Origin: Myxococcota bacterium
GTDB lineage: Bacteria; Myxococcota_A; UBA796; UBA2385
Reading direction: 5' to 3'
Assembly: GCA_044344255.1 (NCBI GenBank)
Contig: JBIJDH010000020.1
Location: 64,001 to 128,000, forward strand
DNA length: 64,000 nucleotides
In this document: in pieces, positions 1-10,400 of the stretch
How the letters are laid out: every line of letters starts with the position of its first letter
Position numbering within the stretch: the first letter of the stretch is position 1
Program-made: the position numbers and the translations under genes
The notes under the pieces: model-generated
The model's database searches: none
Told to the model about the DNA's origin: nothing
Seen by the model: the letters and a program-made list of their open reading frames with translations, nothing else

Positions 1-1360
1 GAGCGAGGTCCCCGAGGCGGTCGCCGCGGAGAACCTGTCTTATCCGCCGCTCTCCCTCCTCTCGATCGCGCAATTTCTCCTCACGCACAGCCAGCATGAG
101 GTGAAGATCCTCGACGCCCAGCTCGATGACCTCTCCTACGAGGTGCTCGAGCAGAAGGTGCGCGAGTTCGGTCCCGACGTGGTGGGCATCACCGCCTTCA
201 CGGTGCAGCTCGTGGACGTGCACTCCACGATCCAGACCTGCAAGAAGGCCGGCGTCAAGCGGGTGATCGTCGGCGGCCCCCACGTCAACGACTTCCCCCA
301 GGAGTGCCGCAACCTCCCGGGCGTGGACGCCGTGGTCAAGGGCGAGGGCCAACAGCCGATGCTCGACCTCGTCAACGCTTGGGCCGAGGGCCGCGAGGTC
401 AAGGGCATGCCCGGGGTGATGGCCCACGCCGACGACCCCGTCCCCGCCGAGGATGTCTACTTCTCCAACGACCTCGACGACTACCCGATCCTCGACCGCA
501 CCCTCATCGAGTACGAGCGCTACTACGACGTGATGGGCAAGGGCGGGATCTTCACCACGATGATCTCGAGCCGCGGCTGCCCCTACCGCTGCACCTTCTG
601 CAACACCCCCCGTCACCGCTACCGGGTGGCGACGCCCGCGCGGGTCTGCGACGAGATCGAGAACTGCATCAAGCTCGGGATCAAGGAGGTGTACTTCGTC
701 GATGACACCTTCAACATCACGAACAAGCGCGTGCACGAGCTCTGCGACGAGATCATCGCCCGCGGCCTCGTCTTCACCTGGACGGTCCGCTTCCGCGTGA
801 AGGGCGTCGATCGCCCGCTGCTCGAGAAGATGAAGGCCGCCGGCTGCCATCGCATCCAGTTCGGCGTCGAGCAGGGCACCGAAGAGGGCCTCCTCCGGCT
901 GAAGAAGGACGTCACGAGCCGCGAGATCGAGCACGCCTTCAAGCTCTGCCGCGAGGTGGGCATCAACACCGTCGCCTACTTCATGATCGGCACGCCGGTG
1001 GAGCGCACCCGCCAGGACGTGCTCGACACCATCGACTACAGCATCCGGCTCAACCCCGACTTCGTGATGTACAACATCCTCACGCCCTTCCCCGGCACCA
1101 CCCTCTACGACGAGGGGCAGCGGGACGGCGTGCTCGACGTGGACCCCTGGTTCCGCTTCATGCGGGAGCCCACCGAGGAGTTCAAGGCGCAGGTCTGGGA
1201 CGAGTACTTCACCCGCGATGAGCTGCGCGACCTGCTGAACATCGCCTACCGGCGCTTTTACTGGCGGCCGGCCTTCGTGGCGCGCAACATCCTCCAGATG
1301 CGCAACCTGAACGACTTCAAGCGAAAGGCCACCGCCGGCATCCGCCTCCTCACCGGCTGA
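1..1360 (+). CDS. B12-binding domain radical SAM protein (5' end lies outside the window)
   Basis: The frame is open from base 2 (SEVPEAVAAENLSYPPLSLLSIA, a typical B12-binding N-terminus). It has GGPH, the CxxxCxxC motif SRGCPYRCTFC, FVDDTF and AYFMIG. Confidence 0.9.
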   Translation, partial: SEVPEAVAAENLSYPPLSLLSIAQFLLTHSQHEVKILDAQLDDLSYEVLEQKVREFGPDVVGITAFTVQLVDVHSTIQTCKKAGVKRVIVGGPHVNDFPQECRNLPGVDAVVKGEGQQPMLDLVNAWAEGREVKGMPGVMAHADDPVPAEDVYFSNDLDDYPILDRTLIEYERYYDVMGKGGIFTTMISSRGCPYRCTFCNTPRHRYRVATPARVCDEIENCIKLGIKEVYFVDDTFNITNKRVHELCDEIIARGLVFTWTVRFRVKGVDRPLLEKMKAAGCHRIQFGVEQGTEEGLLRLKKDVTSREIEHAFKLCREVGINTVAYFMIGTPVERTRQDVLDTIDYSIRLNPDFVMYNILTPFPGTTLYDEGQRDGVLDVDPWFRFMREPTEEFKAQVWDEYFTRDELRDLLNIAYRRFYWRPAFVARNILQMRNLNDFKRKATAGIRLLTG

Positions 1361-1428
1361 GGTCGCCGCCCCCCGGCTTGGCCCCCCCGGCTTGACCCCC
1401 CTCGGGCAACCACCGACACGAGACTCCG

Positions 1429-3039
1429 ATGCAGCAGGACACCGCGAATCACAGCACCGCTCCGGCGAAGCCCAGCGAGGCCACGTCGGCGCCGAAGCGC
1501 CCCTTCACCGTCGTGCTGATGACGATCTACAGCGTCGAGAACGCGGGCATCCGCTACGTCTCGGCGGCGCTGCAGCGCGAGGGCATCGAGACCCACATCG
1601 TCTTCCTCCGGGACTGGGTGCACAACCGCCTGTCGATGCCCTCGGACCGCGAGTTCCAGATGGTGCTCGACGTGATCCGCGAGAAGAAGGCCGACCTCGT
1701 GGGCCTGGGCTTCATGTCCAGCCTGCTGCCGATGGCCCAGGAGGCCACCCGTCGGATCAAGGCGGCCTTCCCGAGCACGCCGATCGTGTGGGGGGGCATC
1801 CACCCCACCTCGTCGCCCGACGAGTGTATCCAAGAGGTAGACTACGTCTGCCAGGGTGAAGGGGAGATCGCGGCGATCGACCTCTGTAACGCCCTCCGCT
1901 CGGGCGGCGACACCACCCAGATCCCCAACATCTGGGCCAACAAGAATGGGCAGGTCTTCAAGAACCCGCCCCGTCCCCTCATCCAAGACCTCGACTGGCT
2001 GCCGTACCCCGACACCCGCGACGACAACAAGTACTACATCGAGAAGGACAAGGTGATGGTAGAGGAGCCGTGGAAGCGCACGGCCGAGTACCGCATCTAC
2101 TTCTCCCGCGGCTGCCCGTACAACTGCTCCTACTGTTACGTCTCGATCCTCCGCGACGTCTACAACGAGAAGGGCCGCAAGTTCTATCGGGCCCGGTCGG
2201 TCGAGCACATCCTCGGGGAGCTCGAGCACATCCAGAAGACCTTCCCCAAGGTCGCCCGCATCAAGATCGACGACGACACGAGCTTCGCCTTCGGCGACGA
2301 GTGGATGGAGGAGTTCCTCGCCAAATACCCGAGCCGGGTCGGGGTGCCCTTCGAGTGCCTCCTGATCCCGCCGATGATGCGCCCCGACATGCTGAAGAAG
2401 CTGATGGCAGCGGGCCTCGTGCGCGTACAGACGGGCATCGAGAGCGGCTCCTCCAAGGAGTCGAAGGAGATGCACAACCGCTCTCCGGGCAACACGGCGA
2501 TCATGAAGTTCGCCGAGGCCAACAAGGAGATGAAGCTGAACGTCGTCTATGACGTGATCGTGGACAATCCCTACGCCACCGAAGAGATGAAGCTCGAGAC
2601 CGCCGAGTTCCTCCTCGACCTGCCCACGCCCTACGACATCTACTTCTACAGCCTCAACTACTTCCCCGGCACGGCCCTCACCAAGAAGGGCCTCGAGGAC
2701 GGCACCCTCGACCCCAACCTCGTCGAGGGCAAGAACACGAAGGCCTGGTACCAGTTCCGCGTGTCGATGGACTGGCCGCGCTCGGATGAAGACCGCTTCT
2801 ACCTGGCGATCTACAGCCTGGCGTCCAAGAGCTTCGTGCCCCGCTCCTTCATCCGCAAGCTGCTCGACGAGCGCGAACACTGGAAGAAGAAGGAGAACAT
2901 CGACCGCGTCTTCAACCTCGCCTGGGCGAGCAACTACGCGAAGATGGCCTACGTGGGCATGCGCTACTGGAAGAACGGCGAGCTGACCTGGTTCAAGCTC
3001 CGCCAGTACGGCTCCCTCACCAAGATGATCAGCCAGTAG
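1429..3039 (+). CDS. B12-binding domain radical SAM protein
   Basis: WGGIHPT, GEGE, SRGCPYNCSYC, IDDD and GIESGS motifs. Confidence 0.9.
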   Translation: MQQDTANHSTAPAKPSEATSAPKRPFTVVLMTIYSVENAGIRYVSAALQREGIETHIVFLRDWVHNRLSMPSDREFQMVLDVIREKKADLVGLGFMSSLLPMAQEATRRIKAAFPSTPIVWGGIHPTSSPDECIQEVDYVCQGEGEIAAIDLCNALRSGGDTTQIPNIWANKNGQVFKNPPRPLIQDLDWLPYPDTRDDNKYYIEKDKVMVEEPWKRTAEYRIYFSRGCPYNCSYCYVSILRDVYNEKGRKFYRARSVEHILGELEHIQKTFPKVARIKIDDDTSFAFGDEWMEEFLAKYPSRVGVPFECLLIPPMMRPDMLKKLMAAGLVRVQTGIESGSSKESKEMHNRSPGNTAIMKFAEANKEMKLNVVYDVIVDNPYATEEMKLETAEFLLDLPTPYDIYFYSLNYFPGTALTKKGLEDGTLDPNLVEGKNTKAWYQFRVSMDWPRSDEDRFYLAIYSLASKSFVPRSFIRKLLDEREHWKKKENIDRVFNLAWASNYAKMAYVGMRYWKNGELTWFKLRQYGSLTKMISQ

Positions 3040-3048
3040 GAGGGGCCC

Positions 3049-3354
3049 ATGGGACTGCTCGGCAAGGTCCGCTCCGGACTGCACAAGGTGAAGGAGGGCA
3101 TCAAGGCGGTGCGGGAGGAGGCCAACCACCCCGGTCGGCCCCCGGCGCACAAGGCCTCCGACAACCCGCTCTGGACCCCGCCTGCCCCCGCGGCGCCGGC
3201 GCCCGTGAGCGCCCCCGCGGCGGAGGGGAAGGCGGCCACCGACCGCCCGTGGTTCCTCGACGGCAGCGAGGGCACCGAGGGCTGGGACCAGACCAACCCC
3301 TCCGACGAATGGCGCGAGATCCACGAGGGCAAGCCCGAGGGCAAGAAGGCCTGA
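3049..3354 (+). CDS. Small hypothetical protein
   Basis: AGGAGG RBS just after the upstream stop; GC3-rich codons; 101 aa. Confidence 0.7.
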   Translation: MGLLGKVRSGLHKVKEGIKAVREEANHPGRPPAHKASDNPLWTPPAPAAPAPVSAPAAEGKAATDRPWFLDGSEGTEGWDQTNPSDEWREIHEGKPEGKKA

Positions 3355-3470
3355 GCGGCGTCGAGCGGTGATGAGCGGCGGCGGCCCAGGAGAGTGGGCG
3401 GTCCCCCCTCCGCTTCGCGAGCGCCTCCGCGCGGGCTCTGGTAGAGTGGGCGCTCCAGAGGAGGCCCCCG

Positions 3471-6400
3471 ATGACCCTGTTGCTCGCCCTGATCTCGCCC
3501 TCGTTCGCCGCCACCTTGGCGGTGAACGCGACCAGCGGCCCCTACTACACCATCAGCAGCGCCATCACCGCCGCCTCCAGCGGCGACACCATCCAGGTGG
3601 CCCCGGGCACCTATGCCCAGTGCCTCGACCTCGGGGGGAAGAACCTCACCTTCATCGGCACCGGCGGCAGCGCCGTCACCACGCTCAAGGGCTCCTCGAC
3701 CTGCGCCACGGGCGGCGTCAACATCGACAGCAGCGAGACGGCGAGCTTCACGGGCTTCACGATCACGAACCCGAGCTATCGCGCCATCTACGCGGTCAAC
3801 GCCAACCTGACCTTCACCGACGTGATCCTCAGCGGCTCCGGCTCCACCTCCTACAACGGCGGCGGCCTCTATCAGAGCGGCGGCAGCACCACGTTCACGA
3901 ACAGCCAGATCAAGAACAACAACGGCTACTACGGCGGCGGGCTCTACCTCACCGGGCACGGGACGCTGAACCTCACGGACACGACCGTCTCGGGCAACTA
4001 CGCCTACTACGGCGGCGGCGTCTACGTTGAGTACTCGAGCAGCGCCGGCTCCTCCGCCCTCAACGTGGACGGGACCACCTTCTCGTCCAACTACACGTCC
4101 TACAGCGGCGGCGCGGTCTATCTCAGCACGTCGGCCACGCTCACCAGCACCGACTCAGCCTACACGAGCAACTACGGCTACTACACGCACGGCGCCGCGA
4201 TCTACGCCTACACTGGCGCCACGATCCACAGCACGGGTGACGCCTTCACCGGCAACGCCTCGCTCTATTACACCTCCGGCTACACCGGCGGCGCCATCTA
4301 CCTCTATGGCTCGAACACGCTGGTGGCCGAAGGTGACACCTTCACTTCGAACACGGCCTACAACGGCGGCGCGATCTACGCCTACAATTACTCGGACGTC
4401 ACGGTCAGCGACACGGAGTTCACGAGCAACACGGCGTACTACCACGGCGGCGCGATCTACGCCGACTACTACGTCGACCTCGACATCACCGGCGCCACAT
4501 TCACGTCGAACAAGGGCAGCAACGGCTACGGCGGGGCGATCTACAACTATCGTTACGGCAGCCTCACCGTAGACACCGCCACCTTCTCGAACAGCAGCGC
4601 CTACTACAGCGGCGGCGCGGTCTACCTGAACACCGGCGTCGACAGCGCCTTCACCGACACGCTGTTCACCGGGAACTCGGCGCTCAACGGCTCCGGCGGC
4701 GCGATCTACGACTACTACTACGCCGACCTCTCGCTGACGGGCACCGACTTCACCAGCAACACCGCATACAGCGATGGCGGCGCCATTTACATGGAGGCCC
4801 TCATCAGCAGCGTGCCGATCACGGACGCCGTCTTCACCTCCAACACCGCCTATCGCGGGTACGGCGGCGCGGTCTACAACTACAATCAGACCGACGTCGA
4901 CATCGCGACGGCCACCTTTGTCGGCAATACGGCCTACTATTCGGGCGGCGCGCTCTATCAGTATTACTACTCGGATCTCAGCGTCGCCGACGCCGCCTTC
5001 TCGACGAACACCTCGACCTACGGGCACGGCGGCGCGATCTACTTCTATCCCTATGCGAGCGGGGTCGGGAGCCTCGACATCAGCGCCTCGACCTTCGACG
5101 ACAGCAACGCCTACTACAACGGCGGCGCGATCTACGCCTATGCGGTCAACGACTTCTCGCTGACCGACTCTGAGCTGGATGACAACGACGCCAACACGGT
5201 GGGCAGCAGCTACTCGGGCGGCGCGCTCTATCTCTACAGCTCCAAGACCACGACGCTCGCCAACAACCTCTTCTGTGACAACTCGGCCTACTACGGCGGC
5301 GGTGTCTGGACCTACTACAGCTACGGCGGCGCTGGCACCGACACCTGGACGAACAACCTGTTCATCGACAACTCGGCCACCCACTCGGGCGGCGCGGTCT
5401 ACGAGAACACGAACTACTACGCCAGCCGCGTGAACAACACCTTCGCCGGCAACGCCGCCACCTACTACGGCGGCACCGTCTACGCCTACTACGCCTACAT
5501 CTCGTTCATCAACAACATCGTGGCCTACACCACGTCGGGGAACGGGGTCTATGGTTACGACAGCAATTCGAGCACCTACTCGAACTTCCTCTACAATGAC
5601 TGGTATGTGAACAGCGCGGCCGACCGGGCGGGGACCTTCAGCTTCTCCACCTCGGGGAACGGTAACATCACGAGCGCCCCCGGCTTTACGAAGTACAGCG
5701 CCGACGGTAACTGCGCGAACGACGACTTCACGCTCAAGGCCGGCTCGGCCACCATCGACGCCGGCTACCCCGGCTACTCCGACCCCGACGGCTCGGCGAG
5801 CGACATGGGCGCCTACGGCGGGTCCGGCAGCTCGCTCACCGACGCCGATCACGACGGGGTCTACAGCACCTCGGACTGCGACGACGGAGACGCGAGCGTC
5901 TTCCCGGGGGCCACGGAGGCCTGCAACGGTAAGGACGACGACTGCGACGGCGCCACCGACGAGGCGGGCTCGACCGGCGAGAGCACCTGGTACCGGGACG
6001 CCGACACCGACGCCTACGGCAACCCCCTCGTGAGCGTGTCTGCCTGTGACCAGCCCTCGGGCTACGTCGCCGACAACACAGACTGCGACGACACGAGCGC
6101 CGCCGAGCACCCGGGCGCCACCGAGGTCCCCTACGACGGCATCGACCAGGACTGCTCCGGCGCCGACCTCACCGACGTCGACGGCGACGGCTACCCCGGC
6201 GGCACGAGCGGCACCGACTGTGACGACGGCAACGGCGCCGTCCACCCGGGGGCCTCCGAGTCCTGGTACGACGGCGTCGACGCCGACTGCTCCGGCGGCA
6301 GCGACTACGACCAGGACGGCGACGGGCAGGACGCGAGCGCCTACGGCGGCACGGACTGCCTCGACACCGACGCCGCGATCTACACCGGCGCCACCGAGGT

Positions 6401-7394
6401 CGCCTACGACGGCGTCGACCAGGACTGCTCCGGCGCTGACCTCACCGACGTCGACGGCGACGGCTATGACGGCGGCTCCGGCGGCGCGGACTGCGACGAC
6501 GGAGACGACACCGTGCACCCTGGCGCCACCGAGATCTGGTACGACGGCGTCGACCAGGACTGCTCGGGCGGCAGCGACTACGACCAGGACGGCGACGGGG
6601 AGCCCGCCAGCGCCTACGGGGGCAAGGACTGTGACGACGAAGACGCGACCGTCAACAGCAGCGCCACCGAGCTCTGGTACGACGGCGTCGATGGCAACTG
6701 CGACGGCTCGGACGACTACGACCAAGACCTCGACGGCCACCGGGACGACAACTACGGCGGCGACGACTGCAACGACCTCGACGCTGGCGTAAACCCCGAC
6801 GCGCCGGAGGCCTGGTACGACGGCGTCGACTCCGACTGCTCCGGCGGCAGCGACTACGACCAGGACGGCGACGGATACGACGCGGCGGCCTACGGCGGCC
6901 CGGACTGTGACGACGTGGACGCCGACATCCACCCCGCCGCCACCGAGGTCTGGTACGACGGGGTCGATCAGGACTGCTCCGGCGGCAGCGACTACGACCA
7001 GGACGGCGACGGCTACGACATGGGCACCGCCGCCGACTCGGACTGCGACGACGGGGACACGAGCATCCACCCCGGCGCCCCTGACGAAGAGGGCGACGGC
7101 GAGGACTCGGACTGTGACGGCAGTGACGGCGGCACCGCCGACGGCGGCGACGGCACCGATGGCACGGACGGCACCGACGGCACCGATGGCACCGACGGCG
7201 CCGACGGCGGCGACGAGGGATCGGGCACCGCCGACGGCGGCGATGGGACCAACGGCAGCGACGGCGTGGCCGGTGGCGAGGACAACGGGGGTAAGGGCGG
7301 CTGCAGCAGCACGGGCGGACAGGCTCCGCGCGGGGCCGCGGGCCTCGCCCTGGCCGGCCTGCTGGCCGCGGTGACGCTGCGCCGTCGCCGCTGA
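3471..7394 (+). CDS. Secreted surface protein: right-handed beta-helix (PMP-like GGAIY/FxxN repeats), MopE-like putative metal-binding repeats, MYXO-CTERM-like anchor
   Basis: GAGGAGG RBS; signal peptide; many FTSN..GGAIY repeats; about ten DCDD..PGA.E..YDG.D.DC repeats; DGT linker; C-terminus GGCSSTGG-hydrophobic-RRRR. Confidence 0.88.
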   Translation: MTLLLALISPSFAATLAVNATSGPYYTISSAITAASSGDTIQVAPGTYAQCLDLGGKNLTFIGTGGSAVTTLKGSSTCATGGVNIDSSETASFTGFTITNPSYRAIYAVNANLTFTDVILSGSGSTSYNGGGLYQSGGSTTFTNSQIKNNNGYYGGGLYLTGHGTLNLTDTTVSGNYAYYGGGVYVEYSSSAGSSALNVDGTTFSSNYTSYSGGAVYLSTSATLTSTDSAYTSNYGYYTHGAAIYAYTGATIHSTGDAFTGNASLYYTSGYTGGAIYLYGSNTLVAEGDTFTSNTAYNGGAIYAYNYSDVTVSDTEFTSNTAYYHGGAIYADYYVDLDITGATFTSNKGSNGYGGAIYNYRYGSLTVDTATFSNSSAYYSGGAVYLNTGVDSAFTDTLFTGNSALNGSGGAIYDYYYADLSLTGTDFTSNTAYSDGGAIYMEALISSVPITDAVFTSNTAYRGYGGAVYNYNQTDVDIATATFVGNTAYYSGGALYQYYYSDLSVADAAFSTNTSTYGHGGAIYFYPYASGVGSLDISASTFDDSNAYYNGGAIYAYAVNDFSLTDSELDDNDANTVGSSYSGGALYLYSSKTTTLANNLFCDNSAYYGGGVWTYYSYGGAGTDTWTNNLFIDNSATHSGGAVYENTNYYASRVNNTFAGNAATYYGGTVYAYYAYISFINNIVAYTTSGNGVYGYDSNSSTYSNFLYNDWYVNSAADRAGTFSFSTSGNGNITSAPGFTKYSADGNCANDDFTLKAGSATIDAGYPGYSDPDGSASDMGAYGGSGSSLTDADHDGVYSTSDCDDGDASVFPGATEACNGKDDDCDGATDEAGSTGESTWYRDADTDAYGNPLVSVSACDQPSGYVADNTDCDDTSAAEHPGATEVPYDGIDQDCSGADLTDVDGDGYPGGTSGTDCDDGNGAVHPGASESWYDGVDADCSGGSDYDQDGDGQDASAYGGTDCLDTDAAIYTGATEVAYDGVDQDCSGADLTDVDGDGYDGGSGGADCDDGDDTVHPGATEIWYDGVDQDCSGGSDYDQDGDGEPASAYGGKDCDDEDATVNSSATELWYDGVDGNCDGSDDYDQDLDGHRDDNYGGDDCNDLDAGVNPDAPEAWYDGVDSDCSGGSDYDQDGDGYDAAAYGGPDCDDVDADIHPAATEVWYDGVDQDCSGGSDYDQDGDGYDMGTAADSDCDDGDTSIHPGAPDEEGDGEDSDCDGSDGGTADGGDGTDGTDGTDGTDGTDGADGGDEGSGTADGGDGTNGSDGVAGGEDNGGKGGCSSTGGQAPRGAAGLALAGLLAAVTLRRRR

Positions 7395-7443
7395 AGAGAG
7401 GGCGCGGGGGACGCCCGCCAGCGCGGCGCCCCTCCGCCTCCGC

Positions 7444-10400
7444 CTACTTGATCACCACCCGGTCGGTCGCGGAGCGCCCGAAGGTCTCCGGGTGGTACAT
7501 CTCCTCCGCCTTGGCCGGCGGGACCACGAACGCCCCGGGGGTGGTGGCGCGGGCCACGTAGCTGTACTCGTGGACCCCGTCCCAGAGCAGGCTGGCGAAG
7601 ACCTCCACGCGGTCGTCGCGCATGTTCTCGTGATCATACCAGGGCCCCCACCAGCGCCACCAGCCGCCGCGGCCGCCCCAGGGCGGGGGCATCGGGCCGG
7701 TCTTCTGCTGATCGGGCGGCAGGTCACCCACCACCTTGAGCTCGGGGTTGAGCACCTCGAGGCCGGCGGGCAAAGGGTCCACGAGGGCGACGTGGGTGCG
7801 GCGGGCGGGCGCCACCATCGTCACCCGCACGCGCACGCGGCTCCCGGCGCGGAGGGTCCAGGTGCCGTCCGCCTCGCGGCGCACGTCGCTCGGATCATCG
7901 ATGGCCTCGTAGCGGCGCTCCACCGCGAAGCCGGCGTCGAAGGCAGCGAGCGTCAGGTCCTTCGGCGCGTAGCGCATGCCCACGCGGTAATAGAGCCGCC
8001 CCGCCCCTTGTCGGGCCACGATGAGGTCGCGGGTCTTGCCCTCGGCGCCCGCCGTGTCGCTGAGCCAGGCCATCGGGACGTCGATCTCTGAGGTCTCGGT
8101 GGTGCGCCCCTTGAAGCGGTGCTCTCCGGCGAACCGATCCCCCAGCCAGACCCGCGCCACGAAGTCGGGGGTCACGCCCTCATAGGTGTGGAAGTAGCGG
8201 TCCATCGCCAGCAGCACCCAGATGTTGTCCTGGGTCGAGGACCAGCGCCCCTTCACGCGGTGGCCGAGCAGCGCCCGGACCACCTTCGGGATGAGGTCGT
8301 TCTTCGGGTCAACCTGGATGAGCGAGTCGACGAGGATGGCGTCCACGCGCCGATCAGAGTGCAGGAGCAGGTAGGCGTCGTCGCCGTAGCTGGTCACGAA
8401 GTGGGCGTCGGAGGCGGTCTCGGTCACCTTGTTGTTGAGCTGGCGCATCGCCTGCGCGAGCAGGGTGCCCTGACCCCCGGCCTTCCAGGTGGGCAGCAGC
8501 CAGCCGATCGCCTCGAGCGACATCTTGTCGACCCCGCCCCACTCCTCGGTGAGGCTCACCGCCCGCTTGACGTCTCCATCTCCCGCGAGCTGCCGCACGT
8601 AGAGGGCGTAGGCCGTGAGCGTCCGCCGGGCCTCGGGGCCGTACTCCCGAGGGATGCGCCGCTCGATCGCCCGGAGGTAGCCGAGGGCGCGGTCTCGGGT
8701 GGCGCGCGGCACCGCGAAGCCCTTGGCCTCCGCGCGCACGAGGGCGTGGGCGACGTGGACGCTCACATAGGGCCAGCTCTCCTGGCCCTTTCGCCAGAAG
8801 GCCCAGCCGCCGTCGCTGTTCTGGCGGAAGGCGAGCTCCTCGATGTCGGCGGCCGTCGCGCGCTGGAGGGCGGCGGCGTCGGGCAGCCCGGGCGCCTCGA
8901 AGGCGCCGAGCACGTCCTTCAAGGCCGCGACACCGAGCACCCGGCTGGAGAGCTGCTCGGCGCAGCCGTAGGGGTAGTCCGTGAGGTAGATCACGGCGTC
9001 GGTGAGGGCCTGGAGCTGGGTGGAGGAGGTGCTGACCTCGAGGCCGCCGAACTGGGTCCACACCTCTCCCGGCAGCGTGACGGGCTGCCTCAGGGTGACG
9101 CTGGCCTCCTTCCCGTCGAGCTCGCCGTAGGTCGCGAAGGCCTCGCTCGTGGCGGGGGTCCAGACGGGGAGCGAGATCTCGGCGGCGTCCGACCAGTCCA
9201 CATGGGAGCGCGGAGACACCGCCGCTTGGAACCTCGCCTTCCCGGACGACACCGTCTCGGTGGGGAAGCGGAGCTCGGCGCGGTCGTTGGCGGGCACGGT
9301 GAAGCGCTGTCCCGCCGACGCCGCCCCGCTGAAGGTGGCGTTCACGGCACGGACGGCGAGATCGACCTCGATGGGCTGATCGGTCTGGTTCTGCACCACG
9401 AAGGGCAGCTCGAAGCGGTCGCCGAAGTTGAGGAAGCGCGGCGCGCTCGGGCGCAGCATCAGCGCCTTGCGGGCGGTGACGCTGGACTCGCCCTTGCCGA
9501 AGCGCTGGCCGCCCGAGACCGCGACGGCCGTGATCCGGTAGCGGGTGAGCGAGTCCGGGAGCTTGAGCTGGACCACGGCCTTGCCCGCCGCGTCGGTGGG
9601 GGTCGCGGGGAGCCACAACGCGGTCGGGTTCCAGTTGGTGCGCACCGCGATGGCGGGGCCGGTGGGCTGCGCGGGCTCGTCGGGGGCGCTCTCCGCCATC
9701 TCCATCTGCGCCTTCATCTTGGGGGCGGCCCGGGTCACCGAGGCCGCACCCGAGGTCGGCGCCGCAGCGGGTGCCGGCGGGGGCGCCGCCATCGGCCTCA
9801 CCTCTCGCTCGCCACCGTCTCGCAGCATGTCGCCGTCGGCCGCCCCGCCGCCGCCGAAGCCCTCACCCGACAGGCCGAGGCCGCCCGGGGCCTGGTCGGC
9901 GAGGGCGCTCGGATCGACGAGCCAGAGCATCGCCCGAGAGTGGCTGTCGTACACCTCGGCGCCGCGGTCGAAGTAGAAGGCGCCGATGGGGTCGGGGAGG
10001 GAGTAGCCCGAGAGCGCGAGCACCGACTCGTCTACGACGACGACGGCGACGAGGCTCCCTGCGACCGGCCGCCCGGAGGCGTCCTTCACCGAGACGTCGA
10101 GGGTCGTGGAGCCGCCGGGCTCGACGGCGGCCTCCCGCGGGCGGACCGCCACCCCCAAGGTGCGCTGTAAGGGCGGGACGCGCAGGTTGACGGTGCCGGT
10201 CGCGTAGGCCGGCCGGAGGGGCTTGGCCGTGAGGTCCTCCGCCGCGGCCCCCGCGCGGGGCGCCGCGCCGACGAGGTCGACCTGCACGTTGAGGTTCGGG
10301 ACCATGCCCTCCTCGATCGGCACCTTGAGCACGGTCGTGCTGCTCGTCATCGTGAAGCGCTGGGCCTGGACGAGCCCGGTGCGCCGCCAGGTGACGACCC

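Noticed and set aside
5840..7260. Periodic repeats as a CRISPR array
   Set aside because: They are in-frame, degenerate protein repeats (DCDD modules) with no constant repeat/unique spacer structure, and no cas genes are present.
7395..7443. Intrinsic terminator between convergent genes (also 43357-43405)
   Set aside because: Only imperfect GC stems without U-tracts, indistinguishable from background at this GC content.
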